A stretch of 64,000 nucleotides of DNA from an uncultured Bdellovibrio sp. Lineage in GTDB: Bacteria; Bdellovibrionota; Bdellovibrionia; Bdellovibrionales; Bdellovibrionaceae. Position 1 is the first letter of the stretch, and every line of letters starts with the position of its first letter. The position numbers and the translations under genes are program-made. Positions 18,114-27,386 of the stretch are shown one piece after another. The notes below the pieces were generated by a model that was not told the DNA's origin, made no database searches, and was given only the letters and a program-made list of their open reading frames with translations. The stretch is taken from contig CAWVRN010000001.1 in NCBI GenBank assembly GCA_963932905.1, positions 128,001 through 192,000 of the forward strand. Reading direction: 5' to 3'.

Positions 18114-20552
18114 ATGAGTTTTGATGATAGAAGCGGAAACGGTGGATCTTACAAAGACGATAAAACTATCGATATACCACCAACTCTTCCCATGTTGCCG
18201 GTCCGTGATTTTGTTGTGTTTCCTTACATGATTATTCCGCTCGTTGTTGGGCGCGAGTCATCAATTCGTTCAGTCGAGGAAGCCCTTTCAAAAAATAGAC
18301 TAATCTTCTTAGTATCTCAAAAAGATCTTAATGAAGAAAACCCAAATCCAGATTCGATCTATACTGTCGGAACTATCGCGATGATCATGCGCATGAAAAA
18401 AGTTCCAGATGGTCAAATCAGAATCCTAATTCAAGGTGTGGCCAAAGGCCGTATCAAGAACTACGCAAAAACAAATCCAAATTTTGAAGTTGCTGTAGAA
18501 AAAATTGAAGACTTACGAACGACATCTCCAACGGAGAATGAAGTTCTAATGCAAAAAGCTAAAGAGCGTATCGAAAAAATTATTTCTTTAGGTAAAACAT
18601 TATTACCAGACATCTTGTTAGTATTAGATGATTTACAAGATCCAGGTAAAGGTGCTGATTTAATCGCAGCTAACCTTGGTATCAAGGTCACTGAAGCTCA
18701 GAAAGTAATTGAAACAACAGATGCTAAAGAAAGAATGCAATTGGTATTAGACTTTTTGAATTCTGAAATTGAAGCACTTCAATTACAAAATAAAGCTAAA
18801 GGTGGCAAAGAAGACACTCCAAAAACAACTCGTGATCAATTCTTTAAAGATCAAATGAAAGCGATCAAAAATGAATTGGGCGAAAATGATTCTAAATCTG
18901 AAGAGATCGAAGAACTTCGCGAAAAAATCAACACGGTTGGAATGCCTAAGACAGTGTTAACTGAAGCTCTAAAACAGCTTCACCGTTTAGAACGTATGCA
19001 CCCAGATGCTTCTGAAGCAACAATGGTTCGCACGTACCTAGACTGGATGGTTGATCTTCCGTGGGCAAAAAAATCTGACGATTCTATTGATTTAAATAGA
19101 TCAAAAGAAGTTCTTGATGAAGATCATCATGAATTACAAAAAGCAAAAGATCGCGTACTAGAATTTTTAGCGGTACGTAAACTTAAAAATAATATGAAAG
19201 GTCCTATCTTGTGTTTCGCGGGGCCTCCAGGAGTAGGTAAAACGTCTCTTGGTAAATCGATCGCTCGCGCAATGAACCGTGAATATCATCGCATCGCCCT
19301 TGGTGGTGTGAAAGATGAAGCGGAAATTCGTGGTCACCGTAGAACATACGTTGGCGCTATGCCAGGAAAAATTGTTCAAGCTTTACGCCAAGTAAAAACA
19401 AACAATCCAGTACTTGTGCTAGATGAAATCGATAAATTAGGCAGTGATTTTAGAGGCGATCCGTCAGCAGCGATGCTTGAAGTTTTGGACCCTGAACAAA
19501 ATGCTACATTCCGTGATAACTATTTGAATGTGGACTTCGATTTAAGCAACGCTCTATTTATTGCAACGGCCAATGTTCTTGAGAATATTCCGCCAGCATT
19601 AAGAGATCGTATGGAAATCATCCAAATCCCGGGTTACACAGAAAATGATAAATTATTAATTTCTAAAAAGCACTTAATCCGTCGCCAATTAGAGAACAAT
19701 GGTCTTGAAGCTCATCAAGTGACATTCACTGATGAAGGTTTAAAGTACCTAATTTCAGGTTACACTCGCGAAGCGGGTCTGCGTAACTTAGAAAGAGAAA
19801 TCGGTTCGGTTTGCCGTAAGATCGCGAAAATGGTGGTAATGAATGAAGTTACTCATTTCGAAGTGAACGCAACAACGGTTCCAGAATTGTTAGGCGCTCC
19901 TAAGTTCTTACGTGAAGATAAACTTGAAGATTCGCAAGTCGGTATCGTTCAAGGTTTAGCTTGGACACAAGCCGGTGGCGAAGTTCTACAGATCGAAGCA
20001 CTTAAAATGAAAGGTAAAGGTCACCTGGCTCTTACTGGTCAATTAGGTGATGTAATGAAAGAGTCAGCTCACGCAGCAATGTCTTACTGTAAAGCTCATA
20101 TGGATGAACTTGGTATCCCAGAAGATTTCTTTGAAAGATACGACATTCACGTTCACTTGCCAGCAGGCGCTATCCCGAAAGATGGTCCTTCAGCAGGTAT
20201 CGCGATGACAACAGCATTGATCAGCTTGATGACAGACACTCCAGTACGTCACGACTTTGCAATGACTGGTGAAGTAACTCTACAAGGTAAAGTACTTCCG
20301 GTTGGTGGTATCAGAGAAAAATGTTTGGCCGCGCTAAATCAAGGTATCACGAATATCGTAATTCCTTTAGCGAACCAAAAAGATCTTTCTGATATTCCAA
20401 AAGTATTCAAAGATAAAATCAACTTTATCTTGGCAGAAAACTTAGACGAAGTGTTCACTGTAGCACTCGATAAATCAGCCAAGGGTAAAGTGAAAAAGAC
20501 CGAAGGCAAAACTGGTAAAAAGGCGAAAACGTCTTCATCAGCAGCAGCTTAA
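18114..20552 (+). CDS. lon: ATP-dependent Lon protease
   Basis: LON N-domain, GPPGVGKTS Walker A, LDEIDK Walker B, PKDGPSAG catalytic Ser, GGIREK Lys. Confidence 0.98.
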   Translation: MSFDDRSGNGGSYKDDKTIDIPPTLPMLPVRDFVVFPYMIIPLVVGRESSIRSVEEALSKNRLIFLVSQKDLNEENPNPDSIYTVGTIAMIMRMKKVPDGQIRILIQGVAKGRIKNYAKTNPNFEVAVEKIEDLRTTSPTENEVLMQKAKERIEKIISLGKTLLPDILLVLDDLQDPGKGADLIAANLGIKVTEAQKVIETTDAKERMQLVLDFLNSEIEALQLQNKAKGGKEDTPKTTRDQFFKDQMKAIKNELGENDSKSEEIEELREKINTVGMPKTVLTEALKQLHRLERMHPDASEATMVRTYLDWMVDLPWAKKSDDSIDLNRSKEVLDEDHHELQKAKDRVLEFLAVRKLKNNMKGPILCFAGPPGVGKTSLGKSIARAMNREYHRIALGGVKDEAEIRGHRRTYVGAMPGKIVQALRQVKTNNPVLVLDEIDKLGSDFRGDPSAAMLEVLDPEQNATFRDNYLNVDFDLSNALFIATANVLENIPPALRDRMEIIQIPGYTENDKLLISKKHLIRRQLENNGLEAHQVTFTDEGLKYLISGYTREAGLRNLEREIGSVCRKIAKMVVMNEVTHFEVNATTVPELLGAPKFLREDKLEDSQVGIVQGLAWTQAGGEVLQIEALKMKGKGHLALTGQLGDVMKESAHAAMSYCKAHMDELGIPEDFFERYDIHVHLPAGAIPKDGPSAGIAMTTALISLMTDTPVRHDFAMTGEVTLQGKVLPVGGIREKCLAALNQGITNIVIPLANQKDLSDIPKVFKDKINFILAENLDEVFTVALDKSAKGKVKKTEGKTGKKAKTSSSAAA

Positions 20553-20590
20553 AGTTTTAGATTTTAGACTGTAAATTTTGAAATTATTTA

Positions 20591-20624
20591 AATAGGACGC
20601 TGATAAAGCGTCCTATTCTTTTTC
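20591..20624. terminator. Intrinsic terminator between lon and the convergent protease gene
   Basis: AATAGGACGCT-gataa-AGCGTCCTATT followed by CTTTTTC. Confidence 0.8.
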
Positions 20625-21707
20625 TCGACGATAATAAGTGACATCATGAATGGTGCGCAAAAATATGGAGTCTGGCACCCAGACATAGCCTGTTTTAGGA
20701 TCACATTTTCCTTTTAATTCTGGATTTGTATAGGAAGCGCAGCTCGCTCCCCACGAATTTCTAAGTTTTAACTCACACTGACCATTATGCCACCGACGAC
20801 CCACAATTCCCGACGCATGCAGACCCGCTTTTTTATATTTTTCAGATTTAGGGTCATAAAAAATTCGCGTGTTATAACTAAATGCTACGAAATTTTTATT
20901 ACCTATCTCTTCATGAACTTCCTTCATCAAATCTCGCCGGCCAAGTGCTGCAATCGTTTCTTTTTTTCTACCCTCAGCGATAAAAGGTATGACGTTATTT
21001 AGTCCGTTAGAAAAAACCCACGGAATGAAATTTTTTAAACCCTCTGTGAAATACCACTGTGGTCTAAGATTTAAAACGGGTTTCACTCGAATCATGTAGG
21101 GTCTACATAAACTCTGCGCTAAGTTTCGGGGAAAAGTTTTAACCGAGGACATTTCTAAGAGCTTTATCAACTGGTCGTCAGAAAGCAAATTGATATAACT
21201 TTTTGAATTTCGGTAAACTTCGAGTTCTTTAAACTCAGGCGTATTAGATTTTTGCCTCTGTTCGTCATAAGCCTTCTTCAGTTCAACAAGGGCAGTAATT
21301 TGTTCGCGAATTGACTTATATGGACTTTTCTTAAGAGCTTCATCTTGAAATGCTTGAGGGCAAATTCCCGCAAATTCCGAGAAAATAACTGCCGGTGTAA
21401 TATATCCCGCGTCTTCGTTCGGATCCAAATACAATGTAAACTGATTAAAGGTGAGCGCGACGAATCCCGCTGAAGCTTGTTTTCCACCTAATTCGTTTTT
21501 GTGGCGAAATGTTAACAAATCCGCAGCAACATTTGCGTAACACCAACCGATATTTCCTTGATTTCTGACGGCACCCAGTTGTGGAGAAATATCCACCGTT
21601 GTGCAATCCCGTTCGTCTAAAGTTTGGTCAGCGTACACAAATTCGGTAGACAGAAGAGTCAAAACGTAAGCTAAAATGCATATAATTCGTTTGAGTTCCA
21701 TAACCAA
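20613..21707 (-). CDS. Secreted papain-like (C1) cysteine protease
   Basis: Signal peptide; NQGNIGWCYA (oxyanion Q and catalytic C), GLHASGIVG (H), RNSWG (N). Confidence 0.85.
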   Translation of the reverse strand: MVMELKRIICILAYVLTLLSTEFVYADQTLDERDCTTVDISPQLGAVRNQGNIGWCYANVAADLLTFRHKNELGGKQASAGFVALTFNQFTLYLDPNEDAGYITPAVIFSEFAGICPQAFQDEALKKSPYKSIREQITALVELKKAYDEQRQKSNTPEFKELEVYRNSKSYINLLSDDQLIKLLEMSSVKTFPRNLAQSLCRPYMIRVKPVLNLRPQWYFTEGLKNFIPWVFSNGLNNVIPFIAEGRKKETIAALGRRDLMKEVHEEIGNKNFVAFSYNTRIFYDPKSEKYKKAGLHASGIVGRRWHNGQCELKLRNSWGASCASYTNPELKGKCDPKTGYVWVPDSIFLRTIHDVTYYRREKE

Positions 21708-21723
21708 CTATAGAGCAAATCGA

Positions 21724-22482
21724 TTACCAGTTTTTCTTTAATCTATCGTTCTCAGACTCTAGGACTTTTACTAATGTTTTAAGGTCAGACACTTCTTCTT
21801 TCAAGATCATCATTTGCTCTTCTTTTTCTTGAAGTATCTGCGTGTAGGCTTTTTTCAATTCGTTCAGAAGTTTATTCGCTGCTGTTAAGACGGGTTCATT
21901 AGTACCAATTTTTGAAATTTTATCTGAGAATTCGCGTAACGTTGGGTTTTCAAATTCAGCGGTGTGAGTTTCTACTTTTTCAATCGGAGCTGGGGCTGCC
22001 GGCTGTCTTTCTCTGCGAAAGAAATATTCCTCGTCGATATTAATTGCCGCTTGCGGACGCAGCGTTTGTTGCTGCTGTTGCTGTTGGCTGATTATACCTT
22101 GCTGCATTTTTACTTGCGGCAATTTTGCGTTCGCCGATTTTTTCAAGTTTTCTAAAAAGTCAGGATTGTAAGCTTGCTGTGACATCGGAGTCACAACCGG
22201 CTGCTGACGATTTGAATACATTTTTTCAGTTTCAATTGGCTCTGACGCCGTATCAAGATCATTTAGAATTTCATCATCGAAGATCAAATCTGAACTCATA
22301 CCATCAAGAGAATTTAGGGAGGGGCCGCTCTTGATTGTATTTTTAATTGGTTCATCGAAAATGAAATACTTACCATCTTGAAAATGATACTTAATATCAT
22401 CGGCTTTGATTCTTCGTCTCAATGTCGAAACACTGATTTTGTATTTCGAAGAATAATCTGTCAGTGGTAGCCAAGTTTCCAT
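21724..22482 (-). CDS. Hypothetical protein: N-terminal HTH, disordered Q/P-rich linker, C-terminal coiled coil
   Basis: METWLPLTDYSSKYKISVSTLRRRIK (MerR/excisionase-like HTH); heptad-repeat C-terminus; start placed at ATG 22482. Confidence 0.75.
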   Translation of the reverse strand: METWLPLTDYSSKYKISVSTLRRRIKADDIKYHFQDGKYFIFDEPIKNTIKSGPSLNSLDGMSSDLIFDDEILNDLDTASEPIETEKMYSNRQQPVVTPMSQQAYNPDFLENLKKSANAKLPQVKMQQGIISQQQQQQQTLRPQAAINIDEEYFFRRERQPAAPAPIEKVETHTAEFENPTLREFSDKISKIGTNEPVLTAANKLLNELKKAYTQILQEKEEQMMILKEEVSDLKTLVKVLESENDRLKKNW

Positions 22483-22547
22483 TCGTTTTCCTAGTATGCC
22501 TCTTAAAACCCTTAGTTTGTTAGTTGCCCTGATTAGAGAGATTTCAA

Positions 22548-22592
22548 ACAAGCAAACAAAACTCGAAATTATTTCTCATTTTGTTTGCTTGT
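22548..22592. repeat. 14-bp perfect inverted repeat (attenuator or terminator-like)
   Basis: ACAAGCAAACAAAA (22548-22561) and TTTTGTTTGCTTGT (22579-22592). Confidence 0.8.
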
Positions 22593-22706
22593 CTCTGTAA
22601 TCTGACCCGGCAGAGAACATTATGTTCGTCCTTGGGCCAATTTAGCGGTTAGGCAACTAACCTAACAAGAGTAGCCAGTTTGGTGATGTGGCTAGTCTTA
22701 CATTCG

Positions 22707-22735
22707 ACCATATAAAACCGACTATCCGGTGTCAA
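22707..22735 (-). promoter_or_regulatory. Sigma70-type promoter reading toward the HTH/coiled-coil gene
   Basis: Minus strand TTGACA-N17-TATGGT. Confidence 0.55.
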
Positions 22736-22795
22736 ACCATGGGTGAATAATCTTTGGATATCTGGTGAAATCTACACCTAGGGCCTGAATAGCTA

Positions 22796-24031
22796 TTGAT
22801 TATTCCGGCCTCCAAGGCTTTAATTTACCTTAACTTGAATATTCGAATACGGAACAAAAAGAAAATAGGATTGGTATTAAGTGGTGGTGGCATCAAGGCC
22901 GCAGCCTACCATATGGGTGTTTGCCTGGCTTTAAAGGCAAAGGGATTTCATTTTGCCGGCGGATCTAAGAAATTGCTTAAAAACAAAAAGCGACCTGATC
23001 TGACTATCCAGCTTTATGTGGGCTCCAGCGCTGGTGCCTTTGTTAGCACGGTGCTCGCCGCTGGCTATCCAATCGAAGCCTTGATCACTGCCTTCCAGGT
23101 TGGCCTAGGCGTCAGTCCTGAGTATTCAAATCAAGACTTCCGAATACTCACCCCTTTAACTTATAGACGCATCTTTGATATCAATAGTGCTAGCTTACTC
23201 AACTTTATGCCGAAGCAGTTTTTGACTAAGTCCCTGGTTACCGGGGGTCTAGAAATGTTGATAAAAAATGGATTCAAGGTGAACGGTCTATTCACCACCA
23301 AAGGTGTCGAGAAATATCTTCGCCAATATGTGCTCATCGAGAACGACTTTGCCTCGTTAGATCCAGAATTATACATCGTAGCCACACAGCTAAACCACTC
23401 AAGGAAGGTTATCTTCGGGAATTTCCAAGAGAATTTGCAAACTCCATCAACTAAACAGATTAACTATGCTTCGATCAGTGAAGCGGTGGCGGCCAGCACC
23501 TCGCTGCCCCCCATTTTCTCTCCATATAACTTGCCCAATCTAAAGGGTGAAGAGCGTTATTACTATGATGGTGAAATTCGAGAGACTTTGTCCGCCCATA
23601 TCGCCGCTGATCAGGGATGTGATCTGGTGATTTCGTCATTTTCGATGCAGCCCTACCATTACAACGATGAAATCGGCAGTTTGCATAAATATGGAATTCC
23701 CGTGATTTTAAATCAGGCTCTTTACCAGGTCTTAGAACAGAAGACTCACAAACATATCGAATGGCAAAATACTTTGCGCCATATACACAAGACGATCGAT
23801 ACCTATTTTAAATCTAATAACCTTCCCGACGAAGACCGCGTTAGACTTTTAGAAATTTTCAATCAAAGGTTCAATCATAATTCAGAAACCGATTATATTC
23901 ATATTACCCCTAGACCCCAAAACTATGAAATGTTCATGGTTGACCACTTTAGCTTAAGCCCCAAAATCCTCGAAAGGATCGTACGTATTGGATTTAAGTC
24001 GGGTATAAATGCCCTTCGTAAACACCTATAA
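22796..24031 (+). CDS. Patatin-like phospholipase
   Basis: LVLSGGGIKA, GSSAG nucleophile, AASTSLPPIFSP, YYDGE; exact start uncertain. Confidence 0.88.
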   Translation: MIIPASKALIYLNLNIRIRNKKKIGLVLSGGGIKAAAYHMGVCLALKAKGFHFAGGSKKLLKNKKRPDLTIQLYVGSSAGAFVSTVLAAGYPIEALITAFQVGLGVSPEYSNQDFRILTPLTYRRIFDINSASLLNFMPKQFLTKSLVTGGLEMLIKNGFKVNGLFTTKGVEKYLRQYVLIENDFASLDPELYIVATQLNHSRKVIFGNFQENLQTPSTKQINYASISEAVAASTSLPPIFSPYNLPNLKGEERYYYDGEIRETLSAHIAADQGCDLVISSFSMQPYHYNDEIGSLHKYGIPVILNQALYQVLEQKTHKHIEWQNTLRHIHKTIDTYFKSNNLPDEDRVRLLEIFNQRFNHNSETDYIHITPRPQNYEMFMVDHFSLSPKILERIVRIGFKSGINALRKHL

Positions 24032-24128
24032 ACCTAAATTTTATCGTTTCTTTATAAGCCCTTAGGTCATTCTTTCAAATACCCAATTTCCTATTGCGAG
24101 ATTTATCAAAAATGCTAAAACCCTAGGC

Positions 24129-25385
24129 ATGATTAAAATTATCGCACTTTTTATCACTGGTATTTTTGCGTTTTCAACCTACGCTCAACAAAATCCCTGC
24201 TTAGATATCAAAACCATTCGCACGGTTAAAGTGCCTTGGGATCCAACGAAACCAAAATCACCTACGTTTGATTTTCGATTTAAATATGAAATAGTTAATC
24301 CGCTAGCCCCTACGGTTGTTGTGATCCCTGGTGGACCTGGCCAAACGTCGATATCTCCTACTGGTCAACTTCCTCTGGGTGCCGTACCTGCTGGTTACAA
24401 TAAAATCTATACCGATCCTCGTAGCCAAGGTTGCAACTACGCCATTGAATCGAATGTTTTAGCTCAGTACCTAAAAACGGAATACGTAGTAAATGATATT
24501 TTCTTGGCCTTAAAATCCGTGAATCTAAAAAACTATATTATTTATGGCGCTTCATACGGAACCGTTGTTGCGACTCAATTAGTTAAGAAAATTGAAGCCG
24601 AGAAGTTTGAATTACCGACGGCTTTAGTTTTAGAAGGCACCGTTGGTAAAAAATTTGATAACTTTGATTCGTATTTTTATTTCTTTCAATACGAATGGGA
24701 TAAAGTTTTTAAACAACTTCCTCCTCGTTGGAAAAATTATTTTCAAACTGGTAAAAACGAAATGGCATTCAGTAAGTCTGAATGGGCCTCATTAATTACA
24801 AGTGATCTAATTATTGGCGATATTCCAGACGCTCCTGTAAAAGGTCAGTTCTTACTCTACCATCTACATTTACTTGAGCTCTATTTTGCAAAAAAAGTTT
24901 CCGCTAAAGACCAACTTATGTTGAGTTCCATGTTTGCCAAATTAAAAGATCCACAATTTCCTAATTTATTTTTTCGAATGATCGGTTGTGGAGAATTATG
25001 GGGTGATTGGTATTACGGCCGCAGCTTAGAAAATGGTCGCCTCAGCAGAACCGGAAAAAATGTCTGTGAAGGTATTGATTACAAAAAACCTTATGATGCA
25101 GCTAAATTTCTAATTCCCGAATCCGTTCCTGTTTATTACTTCCAAGGTGCGAACGATCCATCAACACCATTAAATACAGCACTTTACCATTTTGCTGTTC
25201 AACGTAAAACAAATCGGCAATTTTTTACTGTTACCGGGGCAGCACACGCACCGCTAACTAGTAGCTTGCGTTCTTGTGCTGATGAAATCTGGCCTTCAAT
25301 ATATGCCCAACGTGCTTTAGGCCGCGAATTTGCTACTTGTCCAAGACAAACAGTCCTTACCTCAAAACAGGCTAATCAGGACTAG
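24129..25385 (+). CDS. Secreted alpha/beta hydrolase (S33 prolyl-aminopeptidase-like)
   Basis: Signal peptide; PGGPG, DPRSQG, GASYG, GANDPSTP and GAAH triad motifs. Confidence 0.85.
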   Translation: MIKIIALFITGIFAFSTYAQQNPCLDIKTIRTVKVPWDPTKPKSPTFDFRFKYEIVNPLAPTVVVIPGGPGQTSISPTGQLPLGAVPAGYNKIYTDPRSQGCNYAIESNVLAQYLKTEYVVNDIFLALKSVNLKNYIIYGASYGTVVATQLVKKIEAEKFELPTALVLEGTVGKKFDNFDSYFYFFQYEWDKVFKQLPPRWKNYFQTGKNEMAFSKSEWASLITSDLIIGDIPDAPVKGQFLLYHLHLLELYFAKKVSAKDQLMLSSMFAKLKDPQFPNLFFRMIGCGELWGDWYYGRSLENGRLSRTGKNVCEGIDYKKPYDAAKFLIPESVPVYYFQGANDPSTPLNTALYHFAVQRKTNRQFFTVTGAAHAPLTSSLRSCADEIWPSIYAQRALGREFATCPRQTVLTSKQANQD

Positions 25386-25503
25386 CTATATTGAATATGG
25401 CTTTTTAGCCGGGGTCAAAATGGACATATTTATATGTCGTTTTTTTGTTCATTGAGGCGACTGTGGTTTGGGATTACAAATAGTTCTACTGTCAGGGGCA
25501 TTT

Positions 25504-25848
25504 ATGAAGTTGATCACATCGTTGTTTCTAGCTCTTCCTCTGTTTTCTATGGCTCAAGAAAAATCAGTGCTAAGCTGCTTGAGCCCAGGTCATACATTTA
25601 TCATTAAACAAACATTACGTTCGCGGCCAACAGAACCGAAACAATTGGTGGGAACCCTATCAACGGCGTCACGCAAACCACAAGTTCTAGATTGCACAGA
25701 GAAAAACACCGGCTACGTTTGTAAAAAAGGTGATTTCGTTGCTAAGGTTCTGCGCGGATCAGTGACTGGGCGAACTATTGTTCAACTAGAACTTGAAGGT
25801 GAATACGATGTGGAAAGCGGTTATATTGGCACAATCTATTGCCGATAA
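25504..25848 (+). CDS. Small secreted hypothetical protein with 4 Cys
   Basis: ATG 25504 begins the signal peptide MKLITSLFLALPLFSMA; followed by a terminator. Confidence 0.7.
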   Translation: MKLITSLFLALPLFSMAQEKSVLSCLSPGHTFIIKQTLRSRPTEPKQLVGTLSTASRKPQVLDCTEKNTGYVCKKGDFVAKVLRGSVTGRTIVQLELEGEYDVESGYIGTIYCR

Positions 25849-25865
25849 TTTATTTTTCAGGTGAT

Positions 25866-25897
25866 AAAAAAGCCCACTCTTTTAACGTGGGCTTTTT
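25866..25897. terminator. Bidirectional intrinsic terminator
   Basis: AAAAAAGCCCAC-N9-GTGGGCTTTTT between convergent genes. Confidence 0.85.
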
Positions 25898-25922
25898 ATA
25901 TTAGTTACATTTATAATTGTAA

Positions 25923-27386
25923 CTAATTAATAAAGCTCTTCTCAACAGCCGAGAAAATTGGACCCGACAGCACGCCTAGAGCCGCGATAAAGATCGCAGA
26001 TACGATCATCGTTACTGTTGTTGCGCTTAGATTGTGACCTGCGATTTCCGCTTCACCTTCTGCCATGTACATTAATACGATTGGTTTTAAGTAGTAATAC
26101 ACACTGATCACAGAGTTAATCACACCCCATACCGCTAACCAAATTAAACCTTCACCTACAGCGGCGTTGAATAAGTAGAACTTACCGAAGAAACCAATTG
26201 ACGGTGGGATCCCAGCTAGTGACAACAAAAACAATGAGAAACAGAACGCATACACTGGACGACGAGACGCTAAGCCTTTTAATCCATCAAGTGTGATCAT
26301 GTGGTTTTCATTTTTCTCTAAGATAGAAACGATTGCAAATGCACCCAATGTCATTAAGCAGTAACTAAATAGATAAAAAATAACCGATGAGGCTCCGAAT
26401 GATCCTGCATCACTTACGCCTGCCGTGATCACACCCACAAGAACGTAACCAGAATGCGAAATACTTGAGTATGCCAAGACACGTTTCAAATTTGTCTGCA
26501 CAATCGCGCCGACGTTGCCCACAAGCATTGTGATAACGGCCATCCACTGAAGAACGTCAAACAAACCCGTTGAACCAACTAAAGATTTGGTTGCAATCAC
26601 GCGCAAAAATGCAGCGAATGAAACTACTTTTACCGCTGTCGCCATGAATGCCGTGTGTGGTGTCGGTGCGCCTTGATAAACATCCGGAGTCCAAGCATGG
26701 AACGGGGCAATCGAAACTTTGAAGCAGAATCCTAAGATTACGAATGAAATACCAAATAAGAACAATCTGTTTGATTGAACCAGGCTTGATGCTTCTTGCA
26801 TGAACGTAATTAAATTTGTTGAGCCTGTTGTCCCGAAAACAAAGGCTGTTCCGTACAAGAAGATCGCAGATGCAAAACTTCCTAGTAGGAAATATTTGAA
26901 AGCTGCTTCTTTAGAGTATTTTTCTTCGTGGCTCATGCCGATCATTAGGTAAAGAGCCAACGACATTAATTCTAAACCCACAAATAGAGTCAGAAGATCC
27001 ATCGCAGAAACCAGGATCAACATACCAACAACCGAATTCAATGCCAGGAAAATCAATTCCGCAAATTGACGACCGTTTGTTGCATAGTTTTCATACATCA
27101 TGATGATAGCGCCCGTTGCAGATAAAATCGCAAGGGATCCCATCCACAAAGTAACTGAGTCAAACACAAGTGATTTACTAAATGCTAATTCGCCAGAGCC
27201 ACCAACCACAGTCAGTAGAACCAATCCAATTATTAAGCCTGCGATACCTTGAATCAGAGTCACTAGGTTATTTGGCTCTTTGTTACCAGATAAAACTTTT
27301 GTAGTGATCGGCAGAAGACTCGCGATAAAAATCGCGATCATCGGAGAAATACGGATTACATCCGCTAGACCAATATTAATTTGCAT
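25923..27386 (-). CDS. nuoN: NADH-quinone oxidoreductase subunit N
   Basis: EAAFKYFLLG, FKVSIAPFHAWTPDVYQGAP, KRVLAYSSISH. Confidence 0.97.
   Translation of the reverse strand: MQINIGLADVIRISPMIAIFIASLLPITTKVLSGNKEPNNLVTLIQGIAGLIIGLVLLTVVGGSGELAFSKSLVFDSVTLWMGSLAILSATGAIIMMYENYATNGRQFAELIFLALNSVVGMLILVSAMDLLTLFVGLELMSLALYLMIGMSHEEKYSKEAAFKYFLLGSFASAIFLYGTAFVFGTTGSTNLITFMQEASSLVQSNRLFLFGISFVILGFCFKVSIAPFHAWTPDVYQGAPTPHTAFMATAVKVVSFAAFLRVIATKSLVGSTGLFDVLQWMAVITMLVGNVGAIVQTNLKRVLAYSSISHSGYVLVGVITAGVSDAGSFGASSVIFYLFSYCLMTLGAFAIVSILEKNENHMITLDGLKGLASRRPVYAFCFSLFLLSLAGIPPSIGFFGKFYLFNAAVGEGLIWLAVWGVINSVISVYYYLKPIVLMYMAEGEAEIAGHNLSATTVTMIVSAIFIAALGVLSGPIFSAVEKSFIN

Noticed and set aside
22590..22740. 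c-di-GMP riboswitch or 6S RNA
   Set aside because: No GCAAACC/GAAA-receptor core, and not one long rod with a central bubble; kept only as an unknown structured RNA
22796..24031. Patatin as a CBASS or other anti-phage effector
   Set aside because: No CD-NTase or other defence gene nearby; housekeeping context
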